Source of the DNA: a virus
Lineage: Duplodnaviria; Caudoviricetes
DNA: 57,729 nucleotides
Virus record (IMG/VR): IMGVR_UViG_3300033407_000016
Coordinates: 1-57,729 of that record
Reading direction: 5' to 3' (one strand)
Part shown: positions 25,923 to 34,341 of the stretch, in pieces
Layout: each line of letters begins with the position of its first letter
Numbering within the stretch: the stretch's first letter is position 1
Position numbers and translations under genes: made by a program
The notes under the pieces: generated by a model
Database searches by the model: none
Told to the model about the DNA's origin: nothing
What the model saw: the letters and a program-made list of their open reading frames with translations, nothing else

Positions 25923-27391
25923 TCCTTCAGCTTGTCGCCCGTGATCTCACGGGCAATGTCCTGCTTTGATCGTAGCGCATCCACGATCGAGATGTCAACC
26001 GAATTCGCAGCCACGATGTCGATGTAGTCGACCGGGTGCTTCTGTCCGTACCTGTGAGCCCTATCCTCGCTCTGCTTGCGGTGAACGTACCGGAACGAAT
26101 TGTTGTAGTAGATGACTGAGCGAGCCTGGACGAGCGTGAGGCCCTCAGCACCCTTGGCGGGGTTGCCCACGAAGAACTGCACATCCCCGTCGATGAAGCG
26201 GCGCTTGGCCGTCTCACAGCCATCGTCAGAGACCTTGCCGTCGTACCGCACCGCGCGGTCTCCCAGCCTCTCCATGATCAGGTCGATGTCTTTGCGGAAC
26301 CGCGCCCAGATGATCGCGGGATGGACCATGTCATCACAGATGCTGCCCAGCAGGTCGAGTCGTGGATTGTGCTCACCCAGCAGCTCGACGGTGCGATCGC
26401 CGAAGTCGTCCTCTCCGCCGTCGTCTGTGGGCACATAGCCACAGGTTACCTGCTGCTGACGAAGTAGCCTGGTGATCGCCAGCGATGCGCTCACCACCTC
26501 ACCGCTGGCCAGCATGGCGAGCGACGCATTCTTGATCTCCCGGTACACCCTCGACTGCTCCGGGCTCATGTCGAAGTACCGCTTGCTGTAGAGCTTGTCG
26601 GGCAGGTCGAGCACGTCGTCCTTTTCCACCCGGTCGCTGATCTCAGACAACCATTCACGCAGCAGAGGCAGGCGACGGTAGGCGACGCACTTCTCGAACT
26701 GCTGGCCGGTCTCGGTCCTGAACTGTTGCCATAGGCCGAAGTGAGTCTTGTACTCGGCGAACGTGCCGATGCCGTGGTCAGCCCAGAAGTCAGGATCGAG
26801 GAAGCGGACGGGAGCGTAGGCATCGAACGGGTTGCCGTTCGCGATCAGTGTGCCAGTCGCAATGCGTCTGGCAGCAGCGTACTTGCCTGAAGCGACGATC
26901 GCCTTGGTACGCTTCGCGCCGGGCGTCTTGACCGCGTGGGCCTCATCGAGGATCATCAGCACCTTGCGCTGCTTCAGGAAGTTGGCAGCGAACAGGCGCC
27001 CCTTCTGCGTGATGTAGCCGTTATAGCTGATAGCCATGATCGAGAGGCCACCGTGGGCCATCATGCCACGTGCCATGTGCTGGTGCTTCTGTGTGTTGGC
27101 CCGCTTCGCCTCGTAGTAACCCATCAGGCTACGTCGTGCCACACGATCCACGAGATGGAGGGGGATCTCGTCGTTGATCCAGTTTCGATGCACCCCGTTC
27201 GGGGCGACGATGAGGATGGCGTTGATATCGCCCCGCTCGAACATCTGTGCAGCAGTGTCGAGCAAGAGCTTCGTCTTGCCTGTGCCCTGATCCCAGAGCA
27301 CACCCCAGGCTTCCTTCAAGCCGTGAGCAATGAACCCCTTGAGCTGATGACTGAATGGTGTGGTCTTGAACTCGAACGTCAGCGACATCAC
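25913..27391 (-). CDS. SNF2-family helicase
   Basis: DQGTGKT, DEAH, ATGT, GLTL, QSEDRAHRYGQ. Confidence 0.93.
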   Translation of the reverse strand: MMSLTFEFKTTPFSHQLKGFIAHGLKEAWGVLWDQGTGKTKLLLDTAAQMFERGDINAILIVAPNGVHRNWINDEIPLHLVDRVARRSLMGYYEAKRANTQKHQHMARGMMAHGGLSIMAISYNGYITQKGRLFAANFLKQRKVLMILDEAHAVKTPGAKRTKAIVASGKYAAARRIATGTLIANGNPFDAYAPVRFLDPDFWADHGIGTFAEYKTHFGLWQQFRTETGQQFEKCVAYRRLPLLREWLSEISDRVEKDDVLDLPDKLYSKRYFDMSPEQSRVYREIKNASLAMLASGEVVSASLAITRLLRQQQVTCGYVPTDDGGEDDFGDRTVELLGEHNPRLDLLGSICDDMVHPAIIWARFRKDIDLIMERLGDRAVRYDGKVSDDGCETAKRRFIDGDVQFFVGNPAKGAEGLTLVQARSVIYYNNSFRYVHRKQSEDRAHRYGQKHPVDYIDIVAANSVDISIVDALRSKQDIAREITGDKLKEWI

Positions 27392-27450
27392 GTCCTCATA
27401 GTGTTGGAATCCTCTGTGCCATCGCGATCAGCCTCTCCCAGAGAGGCAAG

Positions 27451-27491
27451 TGGTAGTCCTGGTGGGCTCGAACCCACACGCACCGCGTATG
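27451..27491 (-). pseudogene. tRNA 3'-half fragment ending in CCA
   Basis: CATAC..GTGGGTTCGAGCCCAC-CAGGACT-A-CCA; no adjacent 5' acceptor strand. Confidence 0.65.
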
Positions 27492-27538
27492 TGGAAGAAG
27501 GCGGAGGAATCGAACCCCAAGCGTGAGCGGCGCCTTCC
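27492..27538 (-). ncRNA. 47-nt tRNA minihelix-like RNA (acceptor + T-arm only)
   Basis: GGAAGGC/GCCTTCT acceptor, GGGG-TTCGATT-CCTC T-arm, T-CCA end, ~12-nt linker. Confidence 0.65.
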
Positions 27539-27544
27539 TCAAGT

Positions 27545-27619
27545 TGGTCTGAGTGGCTGGATTCGAACCAGCGCCAGCCTGCTTCCAGGGCAGGTATGCG
27601 GCCACAACACCTCACTCAG
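27545..27619 (-). tRNA. tRNA-Pro(UGG), C33 variant
   Basis: CTGAGTG/CACTCAG, A73, loop CCTGGAA. Confidence 0.8.
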
Positions 27620-27690
27620 TGGTACTGGCGGAGGGTTACGATCCCTCGTCCTCGGATCCACAATCCGTCGCTCTGCCATTGACTGACTAG
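27620..27690 (-). pseudogene. tRNA-His(GUG)-like, lacking a matching 5' acceptor strand
   Basis: CGGA-TTGTGGA-TCCG anticodon arm, T-arm and CCA present; 5' end does not pair. Confidence 0.6.
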
Positions 27691-27745
27691 GCGGAAGGTG
27701 GGGCGTTCTTGACTGAGTACATTGGTGTGTCCTTCGTCGAGAGGC

Positions 27746-27815
27746 TGGAGCCGATACGAGGAGTCGAACCCCGCTAGCAGCCGTACAAAGGGTGCTTTCT
27801 CCCAGAGATACCGGC
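27746..27815 (-). tRNA. tRNA-Thr(UGU)-like, reduced D-arm
   Basis: GCCGGTA/TATCGGC acceptor, TCTC-TGG-GAGA D hairpin, loop TTTGTAC, CCA. Confidence 0.7.
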
Positions 27816-27830
27816 TCAAGGGTCTGAACC

Positions 27831-27859
27831 AGAATAGCAAATCCCGATTGGGATGTCAA
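27831..27859 (-). promoter_or_regulatory. sigma70-type promoter for the tRNA-fragment cluster and helicase operon
   Basis: TTGACA-17 bp-TATTCT with TG extension. Confidence 0.85.
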
Positions 27860-29454
27860 GCGGCTTTCCAGGCCCCTTCGTACATCGTAATGATCGCCCT
27901 TTTCCCGGTCGGGTATGTCACGATGTGGCTGTGCGTCCACGAAGATGGCCCCACATTGTAGCCGTGATCGAGACTTGCTGTCACTCCTGCAACATACAGG
28001 CCGTCCACGATCTCGGCCGCGTGCGTGTGGCCCGTGTTGGCCCTGCGCGCGATCCGGCTCAGAGCCCTGGTGCCCCCCCTTGTCCCATTCGGCCCGAGAT
28101 GACCGTGCATTCCGCACTCAATCCCGCCACCCTGATTGTGCAGGAGGATGAACTGTTCATCCGGCCGGAGGAAGCGGACGTGCTTACCGACGCCCAGGTA
28201 GCGGAGCGCCCACTCGATCACGTGGAAGTCCTCCCGTCTCTCGATCGCCTTGTACTTGCGAAGCTGAGCTTCAAGGAAGAAGATTGCGTTCGTCGGATCC
28301 TTCTTGTAGTCATGCTCTCGCAGCCAGCGGGTCAAGGCGCTGTCGTGGTTACTGTCGACCACGACCATATCACAGTAGTCACGGTCTGCCATCGCCATGA
28401 AGCTGACCACGTCCTCCAGCTCCTTTCGTACATTGTCTGCACCATGGACGTAGCGAGCGAACATGGTGTGTGGGTTGCCAGTGTCGTGATGGTTGCGGGC
28501 ACGGAAGTCGACCATGTCATGCATGAATTGGTATCGTGGACGCAGCGCATCCATCATACCGTTCTTGCCCCACGCAAGCGCTGTGATCCCCTCATTCATC
28601 TGGGCGACATGGATGTCGCCCCAGTTGATCGCTTCGACACGGTGACCACCAGTCACCTCACCGTTCGCGACGCGCAGATCAAGATCATGGATCACTCCCT
28701 CACTATCGGCGTTGAGCTGCCGGCAGAACCAGCGCCCCCTGCTGTCCACCTCAACCAGCAAGGCACCATAGACGTGATGGAATTCAGCCTTCAGTCCGGC
28801 CTTCTTCTGGATGTAGTTGCGCAGCGTCACGGTGCCGGTGGTGAAGTTGAACTTTACGCCCTCACTCTTGCCAGAGGGCAGGGACTGCATCGCAACCTTG
28901 ACGTGAGGGAAGATGCCCGAGCGGCGTCCCGTGTAGGTGTCGAGTCCACTCAGCGGACGTACGGCCGTGGGCAGGATGTTCATTTCCCCGCACCACATCA
29001 GCCCAGGAGCCAGCTCAATACGCTCATCGTTGAAGTAGGGGGCGAGTTTACCGTTGTACCACAGGTTCGCGTCCGTGACCGGACCTGTGTCAGGCTTCTC
29101 GGGCTGTGTGAAGGCGTGGCGGTTGTAGGTGTAGCGTGAGACGAGCACCTGGGCACCCCAATACTCGGCGAGCGCCATGAGCGAGCGCCATGTGGGCTCG
29201 TGTAGGTCGGTGTTGTTCTGGGCGCTAGTGCAGATGTAGCGGCGCACCCCGCTGCGTGGGATTGTGAACCGCTTGTGCCTCAGACCGTGAGGGTCACCAC
29301 CAGAAAGGGGCTTGATGTGGCCAGACCTCTTCAGGTCACGCCGTACGGTCGTGCGTGGAATGCCAGTCTCACGAGAGACCGCCTTGGCGGACCCGAGACG
29401 GGCGTACGCTTCTGCTACCTGTTCTCTTCTACTTGCCGCCGTGCGTGATCGCAT
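27856..29454 (-). CDS. T5 A1-like metallophosphoesterase/nuclease with N-terminal HTH
   Basis: TSAQNNT, NILPTA..PLSG, NYIQKKAG.KAE.H, GDIH, RNHH, SNHD, HGH.G.NG, NTGHTH, GYNVG.SSWT match T5 A1 as recalled. Confidence 0.85.
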   Translation of the reverse strand: MRSRTAASRREQVAEAYARLGSAKAVSRETGIPRTTVRRDLKRSGHIKPLSGGDPHGLRHKRFTIPRSGVRRYICTSAQNNTDLHEPTWRSLMALAEYWGAQVLVSRYTYNRHAFTQPEKPDTGPVTDANLWYNGKLAPYFNDERIELAPGLMWCGEMNILPTAVRPLSGLDTYTGRRSGIFPHVKVAMQSLPSGKSEGVKFNFTTGTVTLRNYIQKKAGLKAEFHHVYGALLVEVDSRGRWFCRQLNADSEGVIHDLDLRVANGEVTGGHRVEAINWGDIHVAQMNEGITALAWGKNGMMDALRPRYQFMHDMVDFRARNHHDTGNPHTMFARYVHGADNVRKELEDVVSFMAMADRDYCDMVVVDSNHDSALTRWLREHDYKKDPTNAIFFLEAQLRKYKAIERREDFHVIEWALRYLGVGKHVRFLRPDEQFILLHNQGGGIECGMHGHLGPNGTRGGTRALSRIARRANTGHTHAAEIVDGLYVAGVTASLDHGYNVGPSSWTHSHIVTYPTGKRAIITMYEGAWKAA

Positions 29455-29674
29455 ACCAGACTGCTCCAATGATGCCGGCCACGATGATACTGACCGCGCT
29501 GCGGGCACCGTAGCCTCGCATCGAGTCTACCGACTTGCGCCAGTCCCGAAGCCACTGGAAGTCTCTCTGTGTCTCCATCGGGTCGGAGCAATCCAGCCCC
29601 AATGTGAGGAGTGTCTGCTTGACAGTTCTCGCAACGATGGCTTCAATTTCAGCTTCGGTCAGACGGTCAGGCAT
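29429..29674 (-). CDS. small membrane protein (holin-like)
   Basis: C-terminal TM helix AVSIIVAGIIGAVWYA. Confidence 0.65.
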   Translation of the reverse strand: MPDRLTEAEIEAIVARTVKQTLLTLGLDCSDPMETQRDFQWLRDWRKSVDSMRGYGARSAVSIIVAGIIGAVWYAITHGGK

Positions 29675-29700
29675 TGGGTGACCCTTGTTGGGGAGTTCTG

Positions 29701-29768
29701 AGTATAGGTCAGTCTTGGCCGCCCCGTCAAGATAAGGGTTGACGTACGGAGTCGCCCCCTGCTACTGT
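29701..29768. promoter_or_regulatory. back-to-back divergent sigma70 promoters
   Basis: - strand TTGACG-18-TATACT (29730-29701); + strand TTGACG-18-TACTGT (29739-29768). Confidence 0.6.
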
Positions 29769-29855
29769 TTCGATGAGGAACGGGCTCACCCGAGGGAAAC
29801 TGCTTCTGAGTCGCACCCGAGGGCCTCTATAAGAGCCCCGTCTGATCGGACGACC

Positions 29856-29892
29856 GCGAGCGGCCCCCAGTGCAATGCCGGGGGCCGCTTGC
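29856..29892. terminator. strong GC hairpin at the end of the late operon
   Basis: GCGAGCGGCCCCCAG...CCGGGGGCCGCTTGC inverted repeat. Confidence 0.6.
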
Positions 29893-30294
29893 TTACTTCT
29901 GGGGGAGCTGCGACTTCTTGATGTTCTGCGCGCCCTGATGGAACGCAGACATGAGGAGACCCAGCACACCAGCCCCAGCCATCTCCTGGCTGCCTGAGAG
30001 CGCCTCAGGGCACGATACGGCGCACCCGAAGCCCACCTCCAGCACCTTGGTGATGAAGACCATCACGGGCGCCAGATCGACGCCAGGGATGAGCGTGAGC
30101 AGAGCCGGAACAACGCCCGCTGCGGCCGGAGCCGCCACGTTCTGTGTCCTCTTCGCCTGCTTCTTGCCCAGATCCTTGCCCGCCGAGCCGCCAGTCAATG
30201 ATCCAGCGATGATGGCAGCGGTCGCCCCTGCCGGCCCGCCAACGATCGTACCTGCTACGGTCGCGACGGCGCCCAGGAGCTTGCCCCATTTCAT
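29893..30294 (-). CDS. membrane protein (holin-like)
   Basis: Gly-zipper N-terminus LLGAVATVAGTIVGGPAG and further hydrophobic segments. Confidence 0.6.
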   Translation of the reverse strand: MKWGKLLGAVATVAGTIVGGPAGATAAIIAGSLTGGSAGKDLGKKQAKRTQNVAAPAAAGVVPALLTLIPGVDLAPVMVFITKVLEVGFGCAVSCPEALSGSQEMAGAGVLGLLMSAFHQGAQNIKKSQLPQK

Positions 30295-30521
30295 GCCAGG
30301 TCGACCTTGCTGTCGCCGACCTTCCCGCTCATGCCGGACAGGATGTGGAAGAAGGCCGCATCCTTGTCGGTCTGGACCTCATCTGCGCCCTGCATCAGGG
30401 CACCCATCAATTCCATGACATTCTGGGTCTCTTCGCCCATCTGAATGCCGTTGAGCACGCCCATGACCAGATCGGCCAGCTCCTCGCCGACCTTCATGGC
30501 GTCTGCCTTGTTGTAAGCCAT
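30291..30521 (-). CDS. hypothetical protein
   Basis: MAYNK start with AAGGAG SD. Confidence 0.65.
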   Translation of the reverse strand: MAYNKADAMKVGEELADLVMGVLNGIQMGEETQNVMELMGALMQGADEVQTDKDAAFFHILSGMSGKVGDSKVDLA

Positions 30522-30613
30522 TCTGACTTCTCCTTGAGTTGCAGGACGCCACGGCCCTGCGATATTGAGGTGAGCCCACGTGAATCGCAGGCTCACCCAA
30601 AGATAACTCCTCA

Positions 30614-33535
30614 CTACGCCAGCAGCACCCCATACCCATTCTCTGTGCTGCCACCCGAGCCGGTGATGTCGAAGAACTGATCCACAGTGGGCGCTTGGGT
30701 GAATCTGATCAGCACACTGTCCGCAGCGGTGACAGCCAGCACGCCAGTCGTTGCCGACGCAGCGACGAGTGTGATCCAGCCTCCACCGTTCACATTGCTC
30801 TCGACAATGCCGGAGGACGGCAGTGCTGTCTTGATGTCGAAGGTCAGGTTGCCTGTCTGCCCCACCACCACAGCCGGTGAGGGGACATTCACAGTGAGTC
30901 CGCCGAACGTCAGGTCATCCAGGCTTTGCAGGCCGGAACTGATCGCCATCTCCAGCTCCATCCTCACCGGGTTCGTCAGCTCCACACCAGCTTCGGGCGG
31001 CGTATGCTTCGCTGTCACATCAAGACGTGCGTCCGTGGGAAAGGCGGTGTTCGCGCCGAGCGCGACGATCATCGCGTTGCGTAGGATGTAGGCATCAGCT
31101 ACGGAGGTGCCGGACCCCGCTACGTTCACTGCGGCAGTGATGGCCGGAGTGCCGGAAGGGTCCAGCACCAACTCGTAGTCGAAGTTGGGTGAGTCATCGG
31201 CCCACGGTGGGCTCGACAGGTCAAGGTTATGGTCCTCCAGAATGTCGTCCACACGCCACGCCCTGGGCGTGATGCCGATCTCCAGGCCCAGAGAGTCGTC
31301 GCTCGATGAAATGCCCAGCTCGGTGAAGTAGTCCACATCCATCGACACAGCGGTGATGTCTGCGTACACCCCATTGATCACTGGGTCGCGCGGAGCCAGG
31401 GGGACCAAGTAGATGCGGTCAGCGTTGAGTGACACCTCGGTCGTCGGCGTCAGTGCCTCGCTGATTAGCTCATACTGGTTGCGTGAGCGCAGCTTCACGT
31501 CATACTCGTCTTCCAGCGCAGCCAGGGCACGCTCCTGAAGGTTTCCGCCCTCAGAGATGAACCAGACGCGCGTATTGATAGCGTGCGCCTTTGGCGCAGT
31601 GTTGAACAGGCCACGATACACGCCAGAGATGGTGAGCTGACTACTGCCGTACGATGCATCCTCGAAGCCGATGAACTCACCGTCGATGTAGGCGATGTTC
31701 GCGAGCTGGTTCACTCGACCGAACGAACCGGCGAACGAGAAGTTGAGATGGCGGATGCTGCTGAGTGTATCCTCATTATCCACCACGATCGACGCTGCCG
31801 CAGGGCGAGCCTCGCTCGCCTCGTACGCAGGTAGCGCCACATTGAGCGTGCCTGTCTTCAGGAAGGAGGAGATGCTGAAATCGTTCTCGAACGTGCCCGC
31901 GAGAGGTCGGGAAGTACCGGCGCGCGAATAGCACTGAAATCCGACCGTTCCTCCTCCAGGGTCACGGGCACCGGCCCAGACTCGGGGATTCAGATCAGGC
32001 GCGTACGGATCCTGAAGCACGAGCTGACGCGGCGCCTCGAACGTGAGGGTATCGGCCGCCACGACAACAACCGGGTCGTCCTCGGCCCCACCCCACCCCG
32101 TGGGCGTGGGGTCACCGAACGTGGCAGCGCCGGGGGTTGCGAAGATATCCTGGGCCGCAGTGATCTTGATCTTGCCGTCCGTGAGTGTGCCATAGTCGAT
32201 GCGAGTGATGCGCATGGGCAGCTCAATGATGCCCAGGCGGGCGTTGCTCCAGCGGTACACGTCACCGGGCACGAGATTGAAGCCCTTGCGATTCACAGAG
32301 ATAGTGTGCTTCGCTATTGGATAGGCGAGTGTAGCCAGCTCACGCCACACAAGCTGGTTGGCGAGTGTGCGCTTCTTGCAGCCCGGATAGTTGACCTCGG
32401 CGCTGATATTGCCGCCCTGAATCTCAACGTTCGCCATGTCCTGCGCGAGGGCGTACGCCTGCTTGAAGTTGTCGTCCGTGTCCGAGAAGAGCAGTCTGAC
32501 CTGATTGGTCGTCTCGCTCCATGTGGTGCGTGAGTAGTCTACCAGGCTCAGGATGTTGGTCTCATCGAACAATGGCTGGGAAGCGAGTACATAGTCATCA
32601 CGGATCAGCTTCATCTTCCAGTCACCGTTCGCGCGGTCGAAGTAGAGGGCACCGTCGATCTGGCGCAGCACCTCATTGACGACCTCGCTCGCCTCCTTCT
32701 CGTTGTCCAGCACCATGCTGAACCCGTTCAGCTCGGTCGCGAGCGTGGCAGCGGCAGCGCGGAAGCTGGCCACATTGATGCTCCCTGCCGGAATCTTCAA
32801 GCCCCAGTCGGTGTCTGTCATGATCTCATACAGCACATTCATTGGGTTGGCTTCGCTGGTGTCGATCACTTCATCCCCAGGCTGTGCTGTGGCGAGCTCC
32901 AGACCATCAGGGATGCGGCGCAGATCGAAGGACCACGGCTGCACGCTCGGGCTCGTTCCAACCAGGCCCTGGAAGATGTAGTAGCAGGTGCCACGATAGC
33001 CCGGAACGATCGCTGGTGAGAGCTGTGTGGAGAGATAGCTGTCGGCCGTCTGTGTGGTGTCCCCCACATAGAACCATGCAGCGTTCTCGGATTCGATGCC
33101 CCCAGCACCGAAGTCCTCTCCACCCAGGATAGTTGGGGCACTGATCGACATGGCCCCAGCTCCGGTGCGCCCACCATCGGCGAACTTATCATGGATGCGA
33201 ACTCCGACACAGGAGTCGACAGGGCCACGGCAGAGCGCAAACTGGATGCCGACCTTGTAGCGATAGCCTGTTGTGATGCGCGTGGAGGAGAATATGCCCG
33301 TCTTGACCTTCTCAGTGATCGCGACCTGACGAAGATTCCCGTACCACACAACATTCGGAGCCTTCAGCCTTACCGTACCCCAGATCAGTGGCACAGAGCG
33401 CCCCTCAGTAGCTGTCGGGAAACTGAAATCACCAAGCCCAGCAGGTCGAGCGTTCTCGAACTTGGGCTTGGGACGGATCAATTCACCAACAACCGTCAAC
33501 GCAGTGAAGATGAGAGGCAGAAGCCACCAAGGCAT
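30614..33535 (-). CDS. tail tip / central tail fibre protein
   Basis: FPTATEGR.VP.IWGT...NVVWYG, ANP, YRG motifs; follows the DUF2163 gene. Confidence 0.85.
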   Translation of the reverse strand: MPWWLLPLIFTALTVVGELIRPKPKFENARPAGLGDFSFPTATEGRSVPLIWGTVRLKAPNVVWYGNLRQVAITEKVKTGIFSSTRITTGYRYKVGIQFALCRGPVDSCVGVRIHDKFADGGRTGAGAMSISAPTILGGEDFGAGGIESENAAWFYVGDTTQTADSYLSTQLSPAIVPGYRGTCYYIFQGLVGTSPSVQPWSFDLRRIPDGLELATAQPGDEVIDTSEANPMNVLYEIMTDTDWGLKIPAGSINVASFRAAAATLATELNGFSMVLDNEKEASEVVNEVLRQIDGALYFDRANGDWKMKLIRDDYVLASQPLFDETNILSLVDYSRTTWSETTNQVRLLFSDTDDNFKQAYALAQDMANVEIQGGNISAEVNYPGCKKRTLANQLVWRELATLAYPIAKHTISVNRKGFNLVPGDVYRWSNARLGIIELPMRITRIDYGTLTDGKIKITAAQDIFATPGAATFGDPTPTGWGGAEDDPVVVVAADTLTFEAPRQLVLQDPYAPDLNPRVWAGARDPGGGTVGFQCYSRAGTSRPLAGTFENDFSISSFLKTGTLNVALPAYEASEARPAAASIVVDNEDTLSSIRHLNFSFAGSFGRVNQLANIAYIDGEFIGFEDASYGSSQLTISGVYRGLFNTAPKAHAINTRVWFISEGGNLQERALAALEDEYDVKLRSRNQYELISEALTPTTEVSLNADRIYLVPLAPRDPVINGVYADITAVSMDVDYFTELGISSSDDSLGLEIGITPRAWRVDDILEDHNLDLSSPPWADDSPNFDYELVLDPSGTPAITAAVNVAGSGTSVADAYILRNAMIVALGANTAFPTDARLDVTAKHTPPEAGVELTNPVRMELEMAISSGLQSLDDLTFGGLTVNVPSPAVVVGQTGNLTFDIKTALPSSGIVESNVNGGGWITLVAASATTGVLAVTAADSVLIRFTQAPTVDQFFDITGSGGSTENGYGVLLA

Positions 33536-34341
33536 CAAAGACCTCGATCGAATGGGTTGAATGTCGGCACGAACGGAAAGCCTCCGTAGTTCACCGCGTT
33601 GCTGAACTTGGAGGTGCATACGTCGATCGTGTGGTTGCACCCAGCATACACGTCGACAGACGATCCGAGCGGGCTTGTCTCAAAAGGTAGGAACAGTGTG
33701 AGGATGTCGCCGCTTTGTGACACCACGAGCCTGTAGTCACTTGCCCCATTGTCCACGTAGCCGCCCACGGCCCAGTCGGCACCCTTGGCGCTCAGTCCAG
33801 AGACAGTGATGGTGTTGCCCACGACCGCGCTTACCGTTCCCGTGTACTTGAAGCTGGCCCTGGCGACGGTGCAGAGTGTGTCGTACAGAACATGGTTACA
33901 GAGGCCCTGATACTTGAACCTTGGGATGGAGCGCGAGAACGCTGCTTCGTCGGTTACCCCCGAGAGTGTACACACTCCCCCTTCTTGTAGATAGGCAGCG
34001 CCGATGATGCGGCCAGACCAAATCACGTACGCCTCAGTGTCGCCGATGTGGTAGCGCGTGATCTCCAGCGTCACTTCAGGGCCGGGCGGCACGTCGATGA
34101 ACCGCTGTGCGAGAGCATCGTCCGTTGGCAGTGTGATCTCCAGCGGCGTGCGGCGATCCTCGGTCGTCTGCTTTGCGCTCGTGCGACTGATGGCACGAGA
34201 GAAGTAGTCGTTCGAATCGTACGGAGGCTGGTGGTCGAAGGGCGCACTCGTGTAGCGGTACACGGTCGATCCAATCGTGAACTTGTACGTCTCTACTGGA
34301 CGCCCACTCTCTGTGCCCTCTTCTAGCGCCTGGTATGTCAC
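33535..34341 (-). CDS. minor tail protein (BR0599/DUF2163 family)
   Basis: CNHVLYD..C and GCNH...C..KF.N..NYGGFPFVP..NPF. Confidence 0.88.
   Translation of the reverse strand: MTYQALEEGTESGRPVETYKFTIGSTVYRYTSAPFDHQPPYDSNDYFSRAISRTSAKQTTEDRRTPLEITLPTDDALAQRFIDVPPGPEVTLEITRYHIGDTEAYVIWSGRIIGAAYLQEGGVCTLSGVTDEAAFSRSIPRFKYQGLCNHVLYDTLCTVARASFKYTGTVSAVVGNTITVSGLSAKGADWAVGGYVDNGASDYRLVVSQSGDILTLFLPFETSPLGSSVDVYAGCNHTIDVCTSKFSNAVNYGGFPFVPTFNPFDRGL

Noticed and set aside
27451-27491. tRNA 3' half as an attP core
   Set aside because: No tyrosine or serine integrase motif was recognised anywhere in the window
24564-29139. Long + strand ORFs (24564-25835, 27853-29139; similarly 53602-54552, 12765-13628)
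   Set aside because: Antisense shadows of well-supported - strand genes in GC-rich DNA; no motifs
29770-29800. Hammerhead ribozyme (GATGAG...GAAAC)
   Set aside because: Core reads TCGATGA rather than CTGANGA, and the required stems could not be formed
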